Shown here piece by piece: positions 1 through 15,727 of a stretch of 64,000 nucleotides of DNA (within the stretch, counting starts at the first letter, position 1; every line of letters starts with the position of its first letter). The DNA lies in contig CM022677.1 in the NCBI GenBank assembly GCA_012295275.1, positions 20,212,001-20,276,000 on the forward strand, in the 5' to 3' direction. The stretch is from Chrysomallon squamiferum. Its lineage: Eukaryota > Animalia > Mollusca. The notes below the pieces were generated by a model. It was not told the origin of the DNA, searched no databases, and saw only the letters and a list, made by a program, of their open reading frames with translations. A program made the translations under genes and the position numbers.

Positions 1-188
1 ATCCCTAAAACAAAAAAATAAAACACATAAATTTTTTTTTTTTTTTTTTTTTGAAATTATAACATCTAACAAAACTAACAAAATCTTTAAACTTCTTTAA
101 TAAAAAAAAAAAAACAATCTTTAAATATCTGTGAAAAAATTTAAATTCTTTAAACATCTCTCAAAAAAATTTAAAAATAAAAACTTAC

Positions 189-1967
189 CCGTATCTGTCA
201 GCCAGGCTAGAGAGAATCTTCGCAGCTGCTGGAAAGTTTTCTATCTTTTCGTAATGTTTCCACAGCATGTCGAGCACGTCAACGTTGTCGGCCTTCATCA
301 ACGCCTTCCTCTTCAGATACGCCTCAATGTAGGGCGTTTCCAGCTGTGAAGTAGTGAATTTAATGTTTTTATTCAAGTGTATCTGTGAAGTAGTGAGTTT
401 AATGTTTTTATTCAAGTGTATCTGTGAAGTAGTGAGTTTAATGAAATGTTTTTATTCAAGTGTATCTGTGAAGTAGTGAGTTTAATGTTTTTATTCAAGT
501 GTATCTGTGAAGTAGTGAGTTTAATGTTTTTATTCAAGTGTATCTGTGAAGTAGTGAGTTTAATGTTTTTATTCAAGTGTATCTGTGAAGTAGTGAGTTT
601 AATGTTTTTATTCAAGTGTATCTGTGAAGTAGTGAGTTTAATGTTTTTATTCAAGTGTATTTGTGAAGTAGTGAGTTTAATGAAATGTTTTTTTTTTTTT
701 AAGTGTATCTGTGAAGTAGTGTGTTTAATGAAAAGTTTTTTTTTAAGTGTAGATTTTTAAATATTTGTATGTAGGGTGTTTCCAGTTGTGAAGTAGTGAG
801 TTTAATGAAATGTTTTTTTTAAGTGTATTTGTGAAGTAGTTTGTTTAATGAAAAGTTTTTTTAAGTGTATTTGTGAAGTAGTGAGTTTAATGAAATGTTC
901 TTTTTAAGTGTAAAATGTTTATATTTTTACTTAGGGTTATTCTAGCTGTCAACTAGTTTGTTTAGTGAAATGTTTGGAAACATTTTGTAAGTTTTCAACT
1001 TTAAAGACACATTTTTTGTAAGTGTAAAAAAATTGGCTAAAATCATGAAGTTCAATATGTAGAATTTCCTTATTAGATTTTGTGTTAAAATAATGTACAT
1101 TATAAAACACTTTTATATTAGACTCTTTGTTAAAATAAAATAGAAATACTCCTATAAATAAAAGCGAGGAGCAATACGATACTCTATGTAATAGACATTA
1201 GCTTCAAAAAAATCAATAAAAAACAATTGTTTACCTCTAGAATTTTCTGCAGTTTGCTTGTAGCAAACAGCCAGTCATAGAGAGCAGAATGAAACAAAGG
1301 ATCGTCTGACTTCAACCCCAGATCCAGCATCTTGTTTTTCTGAAACAAAAACACACTCATTTCAAAATCTCAGGAGAAGAGGCTCAAATCTCACGAACCT
1401 TCTGAAAATATTTAATTTTTCTGTAATTAAAAAAAAAAAAAAAAAAAGCATGTATTTCAAAATCTCAGTGGATTAGATTCGTGAATTAGTTGAAAATAAT
1501 TCTGAACAAAACATCATCAGACGTCAGTCTTAATGTTTTAATTATTTGTTTTTTTCTTCTGGTCAACAAGCAATAATACGAGACTCGTGAAATAGGTAAG
1601 AACATTTTCAAGGTGTCTGAGGTCAATATCAGTCTTATTTATGTTTTTTTCTGTAATAAAAAGTCACAGATTTCAAAAACCACGATAGATAAGATTCATT
1701 AGAGAACAGCCAGAAATTTTATTGGTTCCAATTATACTTTAATGGCAGTGATTAAAAAAAAAAACCCAAAAAACTGAAATTTTGTTCAGAAATGTCAGTA
1801 ATAACTATTCCTTTATGAAAAAAAAAAAAAAAAATTCTTCTATTACAAAAAAATAATTCATACAATTGTAATTGTTAACAAAAAAAAAAATTCTTTAATT
1901 AAAAACAACTCTTCTATAATAAATCCAAAATAAATAACACTTCCACTGGTAAAAAATAACTCTTTAA

Positions 1968-2003
<36 letters not shown>

Positions 2004-3059
2004 ATCTTCTGTTAGGAAAAATAATTCTATTACAAAAAAAAAAAACTAAAAATGATCTTCTATTATCAAAACGCATTACTTGTTCCTCTGCCTCGTCTGC
2101 AGTTAGTCCAGTATGGTCAGGCGCAGGTGCAGGTGCTAGTCCTGGTTGCTTGGCAACCTGCTGATTGTGTGAGCTCACTGACCAGAGGTAAGCAAGAGTG
2201 TTTGTGTAGCAGCTGTAGCAGTCTTTTCTGTGAACAAAACAAATCTCTTTACTAACTCACAGCAAGATTTCTTTTATCTGCTTCTGCTTCTATGACAGAG
2301 ATATGAGACTGGGACACCACTATATTTTATTAACTCACAGCAAGATTTCTTTTATCTGTTTTTGTTAACTGACAGAGATAGGAGACTGGGATACCACTAT
2401 ATTTTATTAACTCACAGCAAGATTTCTTTTATCTGTTTTTGTTTCTATGACAGAGATATTAGACTGGGATACCCCTATATTTTATTAACTCACAGCAAGA
2501 TTTCTTTTATCTGTTTTTGTTAACTGACAGAGATAGGAGACTGGGATACCACTATATTTTATTAACTCACAGCAAGATTTCTTTTATCTGTTTTTGTTAA
2601 CTGACAGAGATAGGAGACTGGGATACCACTATTTTTTATTATCCCACAGCAAGATTTCTTTTATTTGTTTTTCTTAACTGACAGATATGAGACTGGGATA
2701 CCACTATATTTTATTGACCAAAAGCTAGGTCGATTTTATTTTATATATTTATTTTCTTAAATAAAAGTGTTGACAGCCTGGGATTCTCCATTATTTCATT
2801 GGTTAACAGCAAGGTTTATTTTATTTATATTTTTATTTCATTAAATATGATATGAGAGAGGGATACTACAATATTTTATTGATGGACAGCAAGGTTTACT
2901 TTTATAAAGACCTTCCCACGAACAGTGGTAAGCAGACAGGAGATAGTGATTGGAATGGGAATGAAATGAAACAAATAAAACATGGAAGTACGTGCAATAA
3001 AGTTAGATCATTTCTTCATATAATCAGAGATATACACTAAGACTGATTAGAAATAAAAG

Positions 3060-3092
<33 letters not shown>

Positions 3093-3446
3093 CACAATAA
3101 ATAAAAATGTTAAATTAAATAATAATTTTGAAATTTTACAGAATGTATTTAGACTATTTCTTTATACTGTACAGTTTAATTATGACCGATCTGTTAAAAC
3201 AACAAATAAAACATTCTCTGGATGTTTACAGAATATACTCAAGACTTCTGCTATCCTAGCACCAAGGACTCTCACCATGAACAACAATATATTTTTAAAT
3301 CTAATTTGGTTAATGTTAATTTTATTGTGTGTTTTTTTTTTCCCCCATATTTTCTGGCAAACTCCCCACTCAAGTGTTAATATTATGTTGTTCTTTCAGG
3401 TTATTATTCTTTTTTTTTTTTTTAAATCTGTATCAAAACGTTATTT

Positions 3447-3527
<81 letters not shown>

Positions 3528-3942
3528 TTTTTACCTCTGTAAGAACATCTGCATGCCCTGCATGTCATCTGGGGGTTCCCCTTTCTGGTAGTAGTGCAGG
3601 GCGAGGTTGTACGGGTCACACCTCTTGGCCACCTCCAGGGTAAGCTCGACGATGCCCTCGAAGAAGCCGACGTCTACGAACTGTTTGCAAATTGACGGGA
3701 GGTGCATCGGCGCTGTGACTTCTGTTAACAACTGAATAACATCAAATTAGTGTTTTAGTTAAGTATCAGTAATATAGCACACACACAGACAGACAGACAT
3801 ACAGAGAGACAGACAGACATATATAGTAACATATACAGTTAAATATAGCACACAGTAACACACACACACACAGACTGACAGACAGACATATTAACAGTTA
3901 AATATAACACACACACTCAGACTGAGACATATTAAGTTAAAT

Positions 3943-3977
<35 letters not shown>

Positions 3978-4658
3978 ACAGACATATTAACAGTTAAATA
4001 TTACACACACACACACACACACTGACAGACATATTAACAGTTAAATATAACACACACACACACACACACTGACAGACATATTAACAGTTAAATATAACAC
4101 ACACACACACACACACTGACAGACATATTAACAGTTAAATATCAGAATCTGAAATATTACACACACACACACAGACTGACAGACATATATTAACAGTTAA
4201 ATATAGCACACACACACACACACACACACTGACAGACATATTAACAGTTAAATATCAGTATCTGAAATATTACACACACACACACACAGACTGACAGACA
4301 TATATTAACAGTTAAATATCAGTATCTGAAATATCACACACACACAGACTGACAGACATATTAACAGTTAAATATCAGTATCTGAAATATTATACACACA
4401 CACAGACAGAGAGACAGACAGACATACATGTTATTAGTTAAATATCAGTATCTGAAATATTACACACACACACACACAGACTGACAGAGAGACAGACAAA
4501 GACAAATGTATTATTAGTTAAATATCAGTACCTGAAATATTTTACACGCACACGCACACACACACACACACACACTCACACACATACAACACATACAGGA
4601 GTTGTATCCAAAATTAATAATTCTACTTCAGAAGCTACTGGTTGGAGAGCTTGCAGAG

Positions 4659-4741
<83 letters not shown>

Positions 4742-7700
4742 AAACCTTCAGAGCTTCTTGTAATTTCTCTTTCTTCTCCTCATCGGAACTGAATTGTGCT
4801 GCATGAAGAAGCTCATTGGACTGAAAATAACAAAAATAACAAAAATAACAAAACAACAAAATGAATATAACAAAACAAAAACAACAAAATGAATATAACA
4901 AAACAAAAACAACAAAACAAATATAAAACCGTTCTTTCTGCACTCATCTCATTACCTATGAAAATGAGATGACAAGGAGAAGAAATACAACATAATGGGG
5001 AAGTTTGCAGAATACACTTAAATTATTTCTTTGTATTGCCAAAAAAAAAAAAACATGTCTAAATTAAAAAAATTATTTAGTAATTTCACATTATATATAT
5101 ATATATATATAAAATCTTTATTTAAAAACAGTGCTATATATTTCTTGCATTTCAGCTCTAGATATATATACGTTACAGACTAAGAAAAAAAACACAAAAA
5201 AAACAACAACAATTCAACAAATCCAAAACACAAACAAGTATTCATTTTTAAGCCAAACACAAAAGTCTACCTGTGAAACAACACAAATAATGACCACTGT
5301 TTCTACTTCCATCTTACTACTCCATTTGTTTCTTAAGGCCAGATTCACACAGTGACACAACAACTCAACACATTTCTATCAAACATTTTCACGGATGTTG
5401 CCAGTTTTGCTCTACTTTGAAGTTGTAGTAGTCAGCTCGGTTACTTACCTTGGAAAAGACTGCGTCGTTGTAGCTGTAGAGAGAGGGACACGTCTGCCTC
5501 AACTTCGTGCTGATGGCTTCTGTCGGAGTGCTGTTGTCGAGGTAGCGTTTTACCAGCGAGGAAATGAGAGAGCTGCAGATCTGTAGTAATGTGAAATAAT
5601 GTCTGAAGTAACATCTAGTGTCTGTGTTGTTATATAAATATGTCTGAAGTAACATCTAGTGTCTGTGTTATTATATAAATATGTCTGAAGTAACATCTAG
5701 TGTCTGTGTTATTATATAAATATGTCTGAAGTAACATCTAGTGTCTATGTTATTATATAAATATATCTGATGTAACATCTAGTGTCTGTGTTATTATATA
5801 AATATGTCTGAAGTAACATCAAGTGTCTGTGTTATTATATAAATATGTCTGAAGTAACATCTAGTGTCTGTGTTATTATATAAATATGTCTGAAGTAACA
5901 TCTAGTGTCTATGTTATTATATAAATATGTCTGATGTAACATCTAGTGTCTGTGTTATTATATAAATATGTCTGAAGTAACATCTAGTGTCTATGTTATT
6001 ATATAAATATGTCTGATGTAACATCTAGTGTCTGTGTTATTATATAAATATGTCTGAAGTAACATCTAGTGTCTGTGTTATTATATAAATATGTCTGAAG
6101 TAACATCTAGTGTCTGTGTTATTATATAAATATGTCTGAAGTAACATCTAGTGTCTGTGTTATTATACAAATATCTCTGAAGTAACATCTAGTGTCTGTG
6201 TTATTATACAAATATCTCTGAAGTAACATCTAGTGTCTGTGTTATTATACAAATATGTCTGAAGTAACATCTAGTGTCTGTGTTATTATATAAATATATC
6301 TGATGTAACATCTAGTGTCTGTGTTATTATATAAATATGTCTGAAGTAACGTCTAGTGTCTGTGTTATTATATAAATATATCTGATGTAACATCAAGTGT
6401 CTATGTTATTATATAAATATGTCTGAAGTAACACCTAGTGTCTATGTTATTATATAAATATATCTGATGTAACATCAAGTGTCTGTGTCATTATTTAAAT
6501 ATAAGTGGAATTATATCTGACACAACATCAAGTGTCTATGTTATTATTTAGATATATCTGACACAACATCAAGTGTCTATGTCATCATTTAGATATATCT
6601 GACACCACATCAAGTGTCTATGTTATTCTTTAAATATAAGTGGAATTATATCTGACACATCTAGTGTCTATGTTATTAAATATATGTGACACATCAAATG
6701 TCTATGTTATATAAATATATCTGACACAACATCAAGTGTCTATGTTATTATTTAAATATAAGTGGAATTATATCTGACACATCTAGTGTCTATGTCATTA
6801 TTTAGATATATCTGACACATCTAGTGTCTAGGTCATTATTTAAATATATCTAACACAACATCTAGTGTCTATGTTATTATTTAAATATATCTGACACAAC
6901 ATCTAGTGTCTGTGTTATTATTTAAATATACCTGATACAACATCTAGTGTCTATGTTATTATTTAAATATATCTGACACAACATCTAGTGTCTATGTTAT
7001 TATTTAAATATATCTGACACAACATCTAGTGTCTAGGTCATTATTTAAATATATCTGACACAACATCTAGTGTCTGTTATTATTTAAGTATATCTGACAC
7101 AACATCTAGTGTCTGTGTTATTATTTAAATATATCTGACACAACATCTAGTGTCTGTGTTATTATTTAAATATCAGTGGAATTATATCTGACAACAACAG
7201 CAAGTGTCACAGGCCACTTGTTAACAACTAAGTAACTGTAAGAAGAAGTAGAACAGAAGTGGACATCTTTGTAAAAGCTGAATAAACGCTCGGACAATAT
7301 TTATAACAGAACTCCAATTATGTGTACTTACATGTAGACAGTATTTATAAGAGAACTCCAAGTATGTGTACTTACATGTAGACAATATTTATAAGAGAAC
7401 TCCAAGTATGTGTACTTACATGTAGACAGTATTTATAACAGAACTCCAAAGTATGTGTACTTACATGTAGACAATATTTATAACAGAACTCCAAGTATGT
7501 GTACTTACATGTAGACAATATTTATAACAGAACTCCAAGTATGTGTACTTACATGTAGACAATATTTATAAGAGAACTCCAAGTATGTGTACTTACATGT
7601 GGACAGTATTTATAACAGAACTCTAAGGTATGTGTACTTACATGTAGACAATATTTATAACAGAACTCTAAGGTATGTGTACTTACATGTAGACAATATT

Positions 7701-10700
7701 TATAACAGAACTCCAAGGTATGTGTACTTACATGTAGACAATATTTATAACAGAACTCTAAGGTATGTGTACTTACATGTAGACAATATTTATAACAGAA
7801 CTCCAAGGTATGTGTACTTACATGTAGACAATATTTATAACAGAACTCCAAGGTATGTGTACTTACATGTAGACAATATTTATAACAGAACTCCAAGGTA
7901 TGTGTACTTACATGTAGACAATATTTATAACAGAACTCTCAAGGTATGTGTACTTACATGTAGACAATATTTATAACAGAACTCCAAGGTATGTGTACTT
8001 ACATGTAGACAATATTTATAACAGAACTCTAAAGTATGTGTACTTACATGTAGACAATATTTATAACAGAACTCCAAGGTATGTGTACTTACATGTAGAC
8101 AATATTTATAACAGAACTCTAAGGTATGTGTACTTACATGTAGACAATATTTATAACAGAACTCCAAGGTATGTGTACTTACATGTAGACAATATTTATA
8201 ACAGAACTCTAAGGTATGTGTACTTACATGTAGACAATATTTATAACAGAACTCCAAGGTATGTGTACTTACATGTGGACAATATTTATAACAGAACTCT
8301 AAGGTATGTGTACTTACATGTAGACAATATTTATAACAGAACTCCAAGGTATGTGTACTTACATGTAGACAATATTTATAACAGAACTCCAAGTATGTGT
8401 ACTTACATGTAGACAGTATTTATAACAGAACTCCAAGTATGTGTACTTATATGTGGACAGTATTGACATTTAAATACGACATCCTACAACCCTGACACTT
8501 TCCCATACATGTGTACACATTTCTGCATGGGTTAGTTAAATAAATAAATACATTTTTTACCTCTTTTCCGTTGACAACAAGATGTTTGAATGAAATCGTT
8601 CTCAGCTGGTTTTGTTGTTCCTACAAAAACAAAATAAAACACTGAATAATATCAGAATGTGAAGACGAGACTAAATTGCATGTGATCTCGCAGGTTTTTC
8701 ATTTTTATTTTTAATTTAATTTTATATATACATATATATATATATATACATATTTTATTTTTATGATTTTATTATTAATTATTATTATTATTTTTTTTTT
8801 CAAACAATAATAAAATCCTACTGTAATAACAGGTTGTATTTTTAACTGCAAGATTTTCGGAACGTAATGTAAAAAAAAATAAAATTAAAAAAAAAAAAAA
8901 AGAAAAGTAACTTAATATTTTTAACAGCAAGAAGATCAAAATATAACAATATAACATAAATAACACAAAATAACATAAAATAACATGACTTGGGTTGTTA
9001 TTTTCACCTTTGTCAGTGTTTCCACTATCGCATGAAACTGGTGATCAGCGAGGATTTTCCACAAGCCAAGGATTTCCTCCACTCTCTGCATGAGCTCCTT
9101 AATGTGCTGCAGAGAAATCTTCTCAATTTTCTGTGCCTCAGCTGAAAACAGAAACATTACAGAAAATAAATAGTAGATTTTATAGTAGAACATAACGATA
9201 ATGGCTCTATTTTTCTATCATATGTGTTCGTGTTGTTGTTTTTTGTTGTTTTTTTAAAGCGATATCTTCTTGATTTTTCTGTGCCTCAGCTAAAAATAGA
9301 AATATTAAAGAATATAAATAGTAGATTCTACAGAACATAGCGGCTTCATTTGTCTATTGTATGTGTTGATGTTGTTGTGAGTTTTTTTTAAAAGAGAATT
9401 CTTCTCAATTTTCTGAGCCTCAGCTAAAAATTAAAATTTTTAAAATGAAAAATGGTAGTTTCTACAATAGAATATTGTTGCTTTATTTTAAATAATAACT
9501 GTTGATGTTTTTTTTTTAAAGAATTCCTTTGAGTGTATGAAGTAATTATGTAAATATTCAGGGCATATATACAGTTTATGTTTTCTTTCTTGATTTTGCT
9601 GTCCAGTCTTTCAAAGTGTATCTTTATGTAATACTTCAGAATATAATTTAGACTTTTTCTTTGTAACAGCAAAGTACACTTTAAATGAAGGTACAGAAAA
9701 ACATGCAAGTATAGAGAATATATTTATACTTTTTCTTTGTATCACCCAAAGGTTAAACTTTAAATTGCTAATATTTGAAAGATATATTTACACTGTTTCC
9801 TCATATTAGAAAATGATATATAAATGAAAGTGAAGCATAACATGGACATATAGACAATATATTTAGACTATTTCTTTGTATTATAGACTTTAAATGATTT
9901 ATATTTAGACTTTGTATCATAGTACTCTTTTAAATGAAAGTACAGCAAAACAAGGAAGTATAGACAACTCTTTTAAATGAAGGTCTATTTAGACTACAAT
10001 TATTTAGACTATTTCTTTGTATCATAGTACTCTTTTAAATGAAGGTACAGCAAAACAAGGAAGTATAGACAATATATTTAGACTATTTCTTTGTATCATA
10101 GTACTCTTTTAAATGAAGGTACAGCAAAACAAGGAAGTATAGACAATCTATTTAGACTATTTCTTTGTATCATAGTACTCTTTTAAATGAAGGTACAGCA
10201 AAACAAGGAAGTACAGTCAATGTATTTAGACTATCTTCTTGTATGACTGAAGGTAGACTTTAAATGAAGGTGCTGTATAGACAGTCTATTTAGACTTTAA
10301 ATGAAGGTGCTGTACAGACAATGTATTTAGACTATCTTCTTGTATGACTGAAGGTAGACTTTAAATGAAGGTGCAGTATTTACAACGGTTGTTACAAGAC
10401 TAAAGGTTACTGTGCAGTATTTACAGTGGTTGTTACAAGACTAAAGTTTACCGTGCAGTCTCTGTTTTGTATTTTCATCCATTCTGCCCAACATTCGTGG
10501 CTGGAATTGTAGTCCTGACATCTCACTGTTAAAATAAAATTAAATAAAATTAAATTAAAAATTTAAAAAAAAAAAAAAAATTAAATTAAAATAAAATAAA
10601 AATAACTAAAAATAATAATGAAATAAAATATTAGAATCACTGCATGTGAAAACATAATAACTAGCTGATATTTTCTCTTTTATTTTAATTTATCACAATG

Positions 10701-12374
10701 GTTTTTCCCAGACAAAAACACAACCTGAGGGTCAGTAACAGGTGATTTTCAGTTGCTTTGATCTTTTAATCCATACACATTTTGAATTATTATTATTATT
10801 ATTATTATTATTTATTTATTTATTTTTAATCTTTTTTTTTTTTTTTTTTGAGTTTTACTGAAGGACAGTAAAGTATTATCGGACACTAAAGATGAAGACA
10901 GGGAAAAATAAAGATGTGCTGGTTGCTACGACAACTTGGAGATATAAGACTGTTTGTTATTTGTACAACTGAATTTAATTACCTGTCTACAGGTTCTCCT
11001 GATTCAAATCTGGAATTCAAGTCCATGAAATCTGACAAATCTCGCACAAACTCCAGCACCACATTCAACTCCTCTGTAGTCCATGAAAAACAAACAGTAT
11101 ATGTATTTTTATTTACAAATATATATACACAAACATCCAAACTCAACACCACATTCAACTCCTCTGTACTAAAAGCACTTCCCAGCTAAAATAGTAAAAC
11201 AAACAGTATATGTATTTTTATTTACATTATAAATATACATAGATACATATTAAACTCAACACTACATTCAACTCCTCTGTACTGAAAGCACTTCCCAGCT
11301 AAAATAGTAAAACAAACAGTATATATATTTTTTTATTTACATTATAAATATACGTAGATACATATTTCTGTATATAGAAACACACACTCACTCAATCACA
11401 CATAAAAATATAAAAATATCTAAGTTATGTTTAACTGTTAGTAGTGGTGAATTCAACTTTAGTCAATAAATTGTAAATTAAAAATAATGAAGACACTCAC
11501 ATAGGTAACTTGTGTCATCTGATTTTCAAATTCCGAACAAACTCTCGAATTCCAAAATGGACTGAAAAAAACCAAAAAAAAAAAAAAAAAAAACCCCAAA
11601 AACATAACCATTAAAAATATTCTTCATTATATTTTCCTACTAACACTCTTTAATAAACGTGAGTATTGGAAACTATTTTCTTATTCAAATTAAAAGTTTT
11701 TAATTAGAACAGTTTTTTATTTAAACAAAAAATAATAATAATAAAAAAAAATTAAAAAAATAAAAATAAAAAATTAATAAATAAATAAGTAGATCCCCTT
11801 TTTCAAAACGTATTTGAAAAACACAGTACAAACTGATTAGAGCCATTTATGTTCCAGTTAAAACAGCACACCTGTTTTATTTGAAGTATTTTAAGTAATT
11901 TACACTGATGCATTAAATATTTCTAACTTGTGGCAAAGCACTATTACCTATGAACGTTTTTGTGGAGGCATAAAACAAAGACTGTTTATAAACTCAAATT
12001 AGTGAAAGATTTGTAAGCAAAACACTTTGTTGTGTAGGTCTGTATAACGATTCCAGTAATAATAACGATAAATAAAGATAAATTATTTTTAATCTAATAT
12101 AAATTGTTAATAACACGTTTTCTCAAAACAGAGACACTTTGTGGTTATTACACACTTTTAAAATTATGATAAATTATTTTTAATCTAATATAAATTATTA
12201 ATAACATGTTTTCTCAAAACAGAGACACTTTGTGGTTATATTACACACTTTTAAAATTATGATAAATTAATACAGTTTTCTTGGTAACTAAAAACTATGA
12301 AAAACAAGATAATTTAATAAAATAAATAAATAAAACCAACCAACCAACATTGATATTGATAATGATAATAATAT

Positions 12375-12407
<33 letters not shown>

Positions 12408-12565
12408 ATATAATAATAATAAACAAATAAGTAAACAAAAAAGAACACTCAAATAAATTGTTGTTTTCATTGAAATAAATTGGCTTATGAAAGTAAAAAC
12501 AATGCTTAAATGTGAATTTAAAAAAAAAAAAAATTAAATCAGACTTCACTGAAACAACAGCAGCA

Positions 12566-12606
<41 letters not shown>

Positions 12607-14416
12607 CATAATTATGATCATTATAATTACAAAAAAAAAAAAAAATATATAAATAAATAAAATAAATTAATAATAAAAATAAGATTAATAATAAAAACAC
12701 AATTTTTTTTTCTCTGAATTTAAAGGCCACACTATCATAAAAAAATCACTAAAAAAAAAAAAGTTTAAATTTAAAAATAAATAAAAAATAAAAACCTCAG
12801 AATTCGACTCAGATAAATGCAGATTCCGTCGTGTTTTCCAGAGAAGCTCACTTCCTGTATGTATCCAGGAAGGGAGGCAACTCCAGTTGGGTACATGGGT
12901 TGAGAGTACCCAGGAATCATTCCTGGCGCTGGAGTTGACATGTGAGTAGGCTGCATTCCTGAAAACAAGATTCAAAATAATTAACAAAAAAAACCCAAAC
13001 TAGTATTCCTTATTTAAAAAAAAGTAGCTGTGATATATATCATATAAGACAAAGACACTTTCCAATATTAAACAGGTGCTTCATAATAATGCACAGACAT
13101 TGCACAATATTGTACAGATACTCCATGCTACTGTCTGGATAGCCAAGATACTCTACACTTTCCAAAATATTGCACAGACACATCACAATATTGTATAGAC
13201 ACATCACAATATTGTACAGACACATCACAATATTGTACAGACACATCACAATATTGTATAGACACTCTAAGATATTGTATACACTCCATGTTCTTGGGCA
13301 CAGTTTGTGATACTGTATATACAACACGATACAACAGCAAAGACACCCTGAAATATTACACAGATACTTCACATCATTGTACTGATACTCTATTATAATG
13401 CAGACTTAACAATATTGTCCTCCAAGATACTGTACAGATACTGTAAGATATTGTATAGAAATTCTATGATGTGGTATAGATACTCAGAGATATTGTACAC
13501 ACTTTCCACATTATTGTACAGATAGTCCACAGTATTGTATGCTCCCCAATACTACAGATATTTCCCTCATCCCATATATCACCTATGATATGCAGACACT
13601 TGCCTATACAATATAGATACAACCTAACACAACCTGATACTACATGACACTACAGAGAAATTAACTGACAATATTTGTTTTATTAAAAAAAATACCAACT
13701 ACTGCATCAGCTTTGTAAGAAAAAAAAAAAAAAAAAAAAAAAAGGAAAATTCCTATAATATTCAGTTAAGGATTAACATTTTTCAAAAATTACAGATATT
13801 TTTTTTTTATTAACTATAAAAATTAAGTTAACCAGGTCTAGTTAGTTAACATTTGAGTCTACCTGACATTGGTGTAGACATTGGTCCGAAACTTGTGTTG
13901 TGAGTATTTGGTGCAAACATCACTGTGTTGTTCTGTGATGTGTTCAGAACTGCTGAAAAAAAAGAAAAAAAAAAAAAAAAATCTTTGTGTTAATCATTAA
14001 TGATATATACAAAAATAAGATAACAAAATATAAGTGTCAATGAATATAGATATATATATATAATGAAGATGACGATAAGAAAAAAAACACCTCCCCTCCA
14101 ATAAAAACCACACCCAAAGTATTAGCAGTTGTTGTAGTATATTGATAGTAACACAAAAGCTTAGTATTAGTAACTGTGACAGAGGTACAGTTAATATTAG
14201 TATCAGCAGCAGCAGCAGTAGCAGTACTAGTAGTAATAGTAATAATGAAAATAATAATATTAAATAGCAAAAAAGTAACAAAAATAATAATAATAGTAAT
14301 AACGAGAAATAACATCAGTAATAATATGTGTGTGTGTGTGTGTGTGTGTCTGAGTGTGTGTGTGTGTATGTGTGTGTGTGTGTGTGTATATATATGTGTG
14401 TGTGTGTGTGTGTCTG

Positions 14417-14484
<68 letters not shown>

Positions 14485-14521
14485 TAAGTGTGTGTGTGTA
14501 TATGTGTGAGTGTGTGTGTCT

Positions 14522-14585
<64 letters not shown>

Positions 14586-14840
14586 GTCTGAGTGTGTGTG
14601 TGTTTGTCTGAGTGTGTGTGTGAATCTTTCTTACATGATGTTATGAACTAACCTGGGGAGTAACTACCTGGTTCAATGTTGGGGTGTGGGAGATGAGCCC
14701 CGCCCGACACGATGCTGTAGTTGTACCTGGCCTCCCCACCGTAGAGAAAGAAAGCCACGCGGGCCCAGTCCCCTACCTTAGGGTGTGGTGGGCGTGAACA
14801 GGCCAGCACAAGACACGTAGCACAGGCCTGATCTGGCTGC

Positions 14841-14882
<42 letters not shown>

Positions 14883-15148
14883 AAAAAAATAAATAAAAAA
14901 AAATAAAATAAATAAACAAACAAACAAACAAAAAAAAGAAGTAAATAAACATGTAAATAAAAAATAAATAAAAATAAAATAAATAATAAACAAATAAAAA
15001 ATAAATAAAAGATAAATAAATAAGTAAATAAATAGGTAAATAAATAAGTAAATAAATAGGTAAATAAATAAATAACTAAGTAAGTAAATAAATAAATAAG
15101 TAAATAAATAAACAAATAAACATATAAATAAGTAAATGAATAAGCAAG

Positions 15149-15179
<31 letters not shown>

Positions 15180-15689
15180 AATAAAATAAAAACGTAAATA
15201 AAAGAATAAATAAAATCAGTAAATGAATAAGCAGATTAATGGATAAATAAAAATGAAATAAACAAACAAATAAACAAACAAAGTAACAAACAGATAAATA
15301 AACAAATAAATAAATAAATAAATAAACAAATAAAGACATTTAAATATTTTTTCAAAAAAGAAATTTAATTTAAAATTTACACTTTGGAACATTACCTATG
15401 TTACAAAACAATAAAACATCAAAATGCCATCCCATGTTACAAGACAACAACACTATCACACCACACTGAAGACTGTCTGTCTGAACATTTATCATGGTGT
15501 TTCTACGAGAGACAAAACAGAGAATGAAACGAGATTTTTTTTTTTTACCTTGTGCAGCCTGAAGAAAGCTTTCACTTCCGCAGATTCTGGTCCCTCGCAG
15601 TCCATCAGTAATCGATGCAGCTGTTCTGACGGCCGCCTCTTCGTTATTATACTACAACCCTTTTGAATACATGCACACATGTACACATG

Positions 15690-15727
<38 letters not shown>

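Noticed and set aside
7290-8465. Regular repeats here and at 58650-61235 superficially resemble CRISPR arrays
   Set aside because: There are no unique spacers (units abut or are separated by microsatellite), no cas genes, and the context is a eukaryotic intron.
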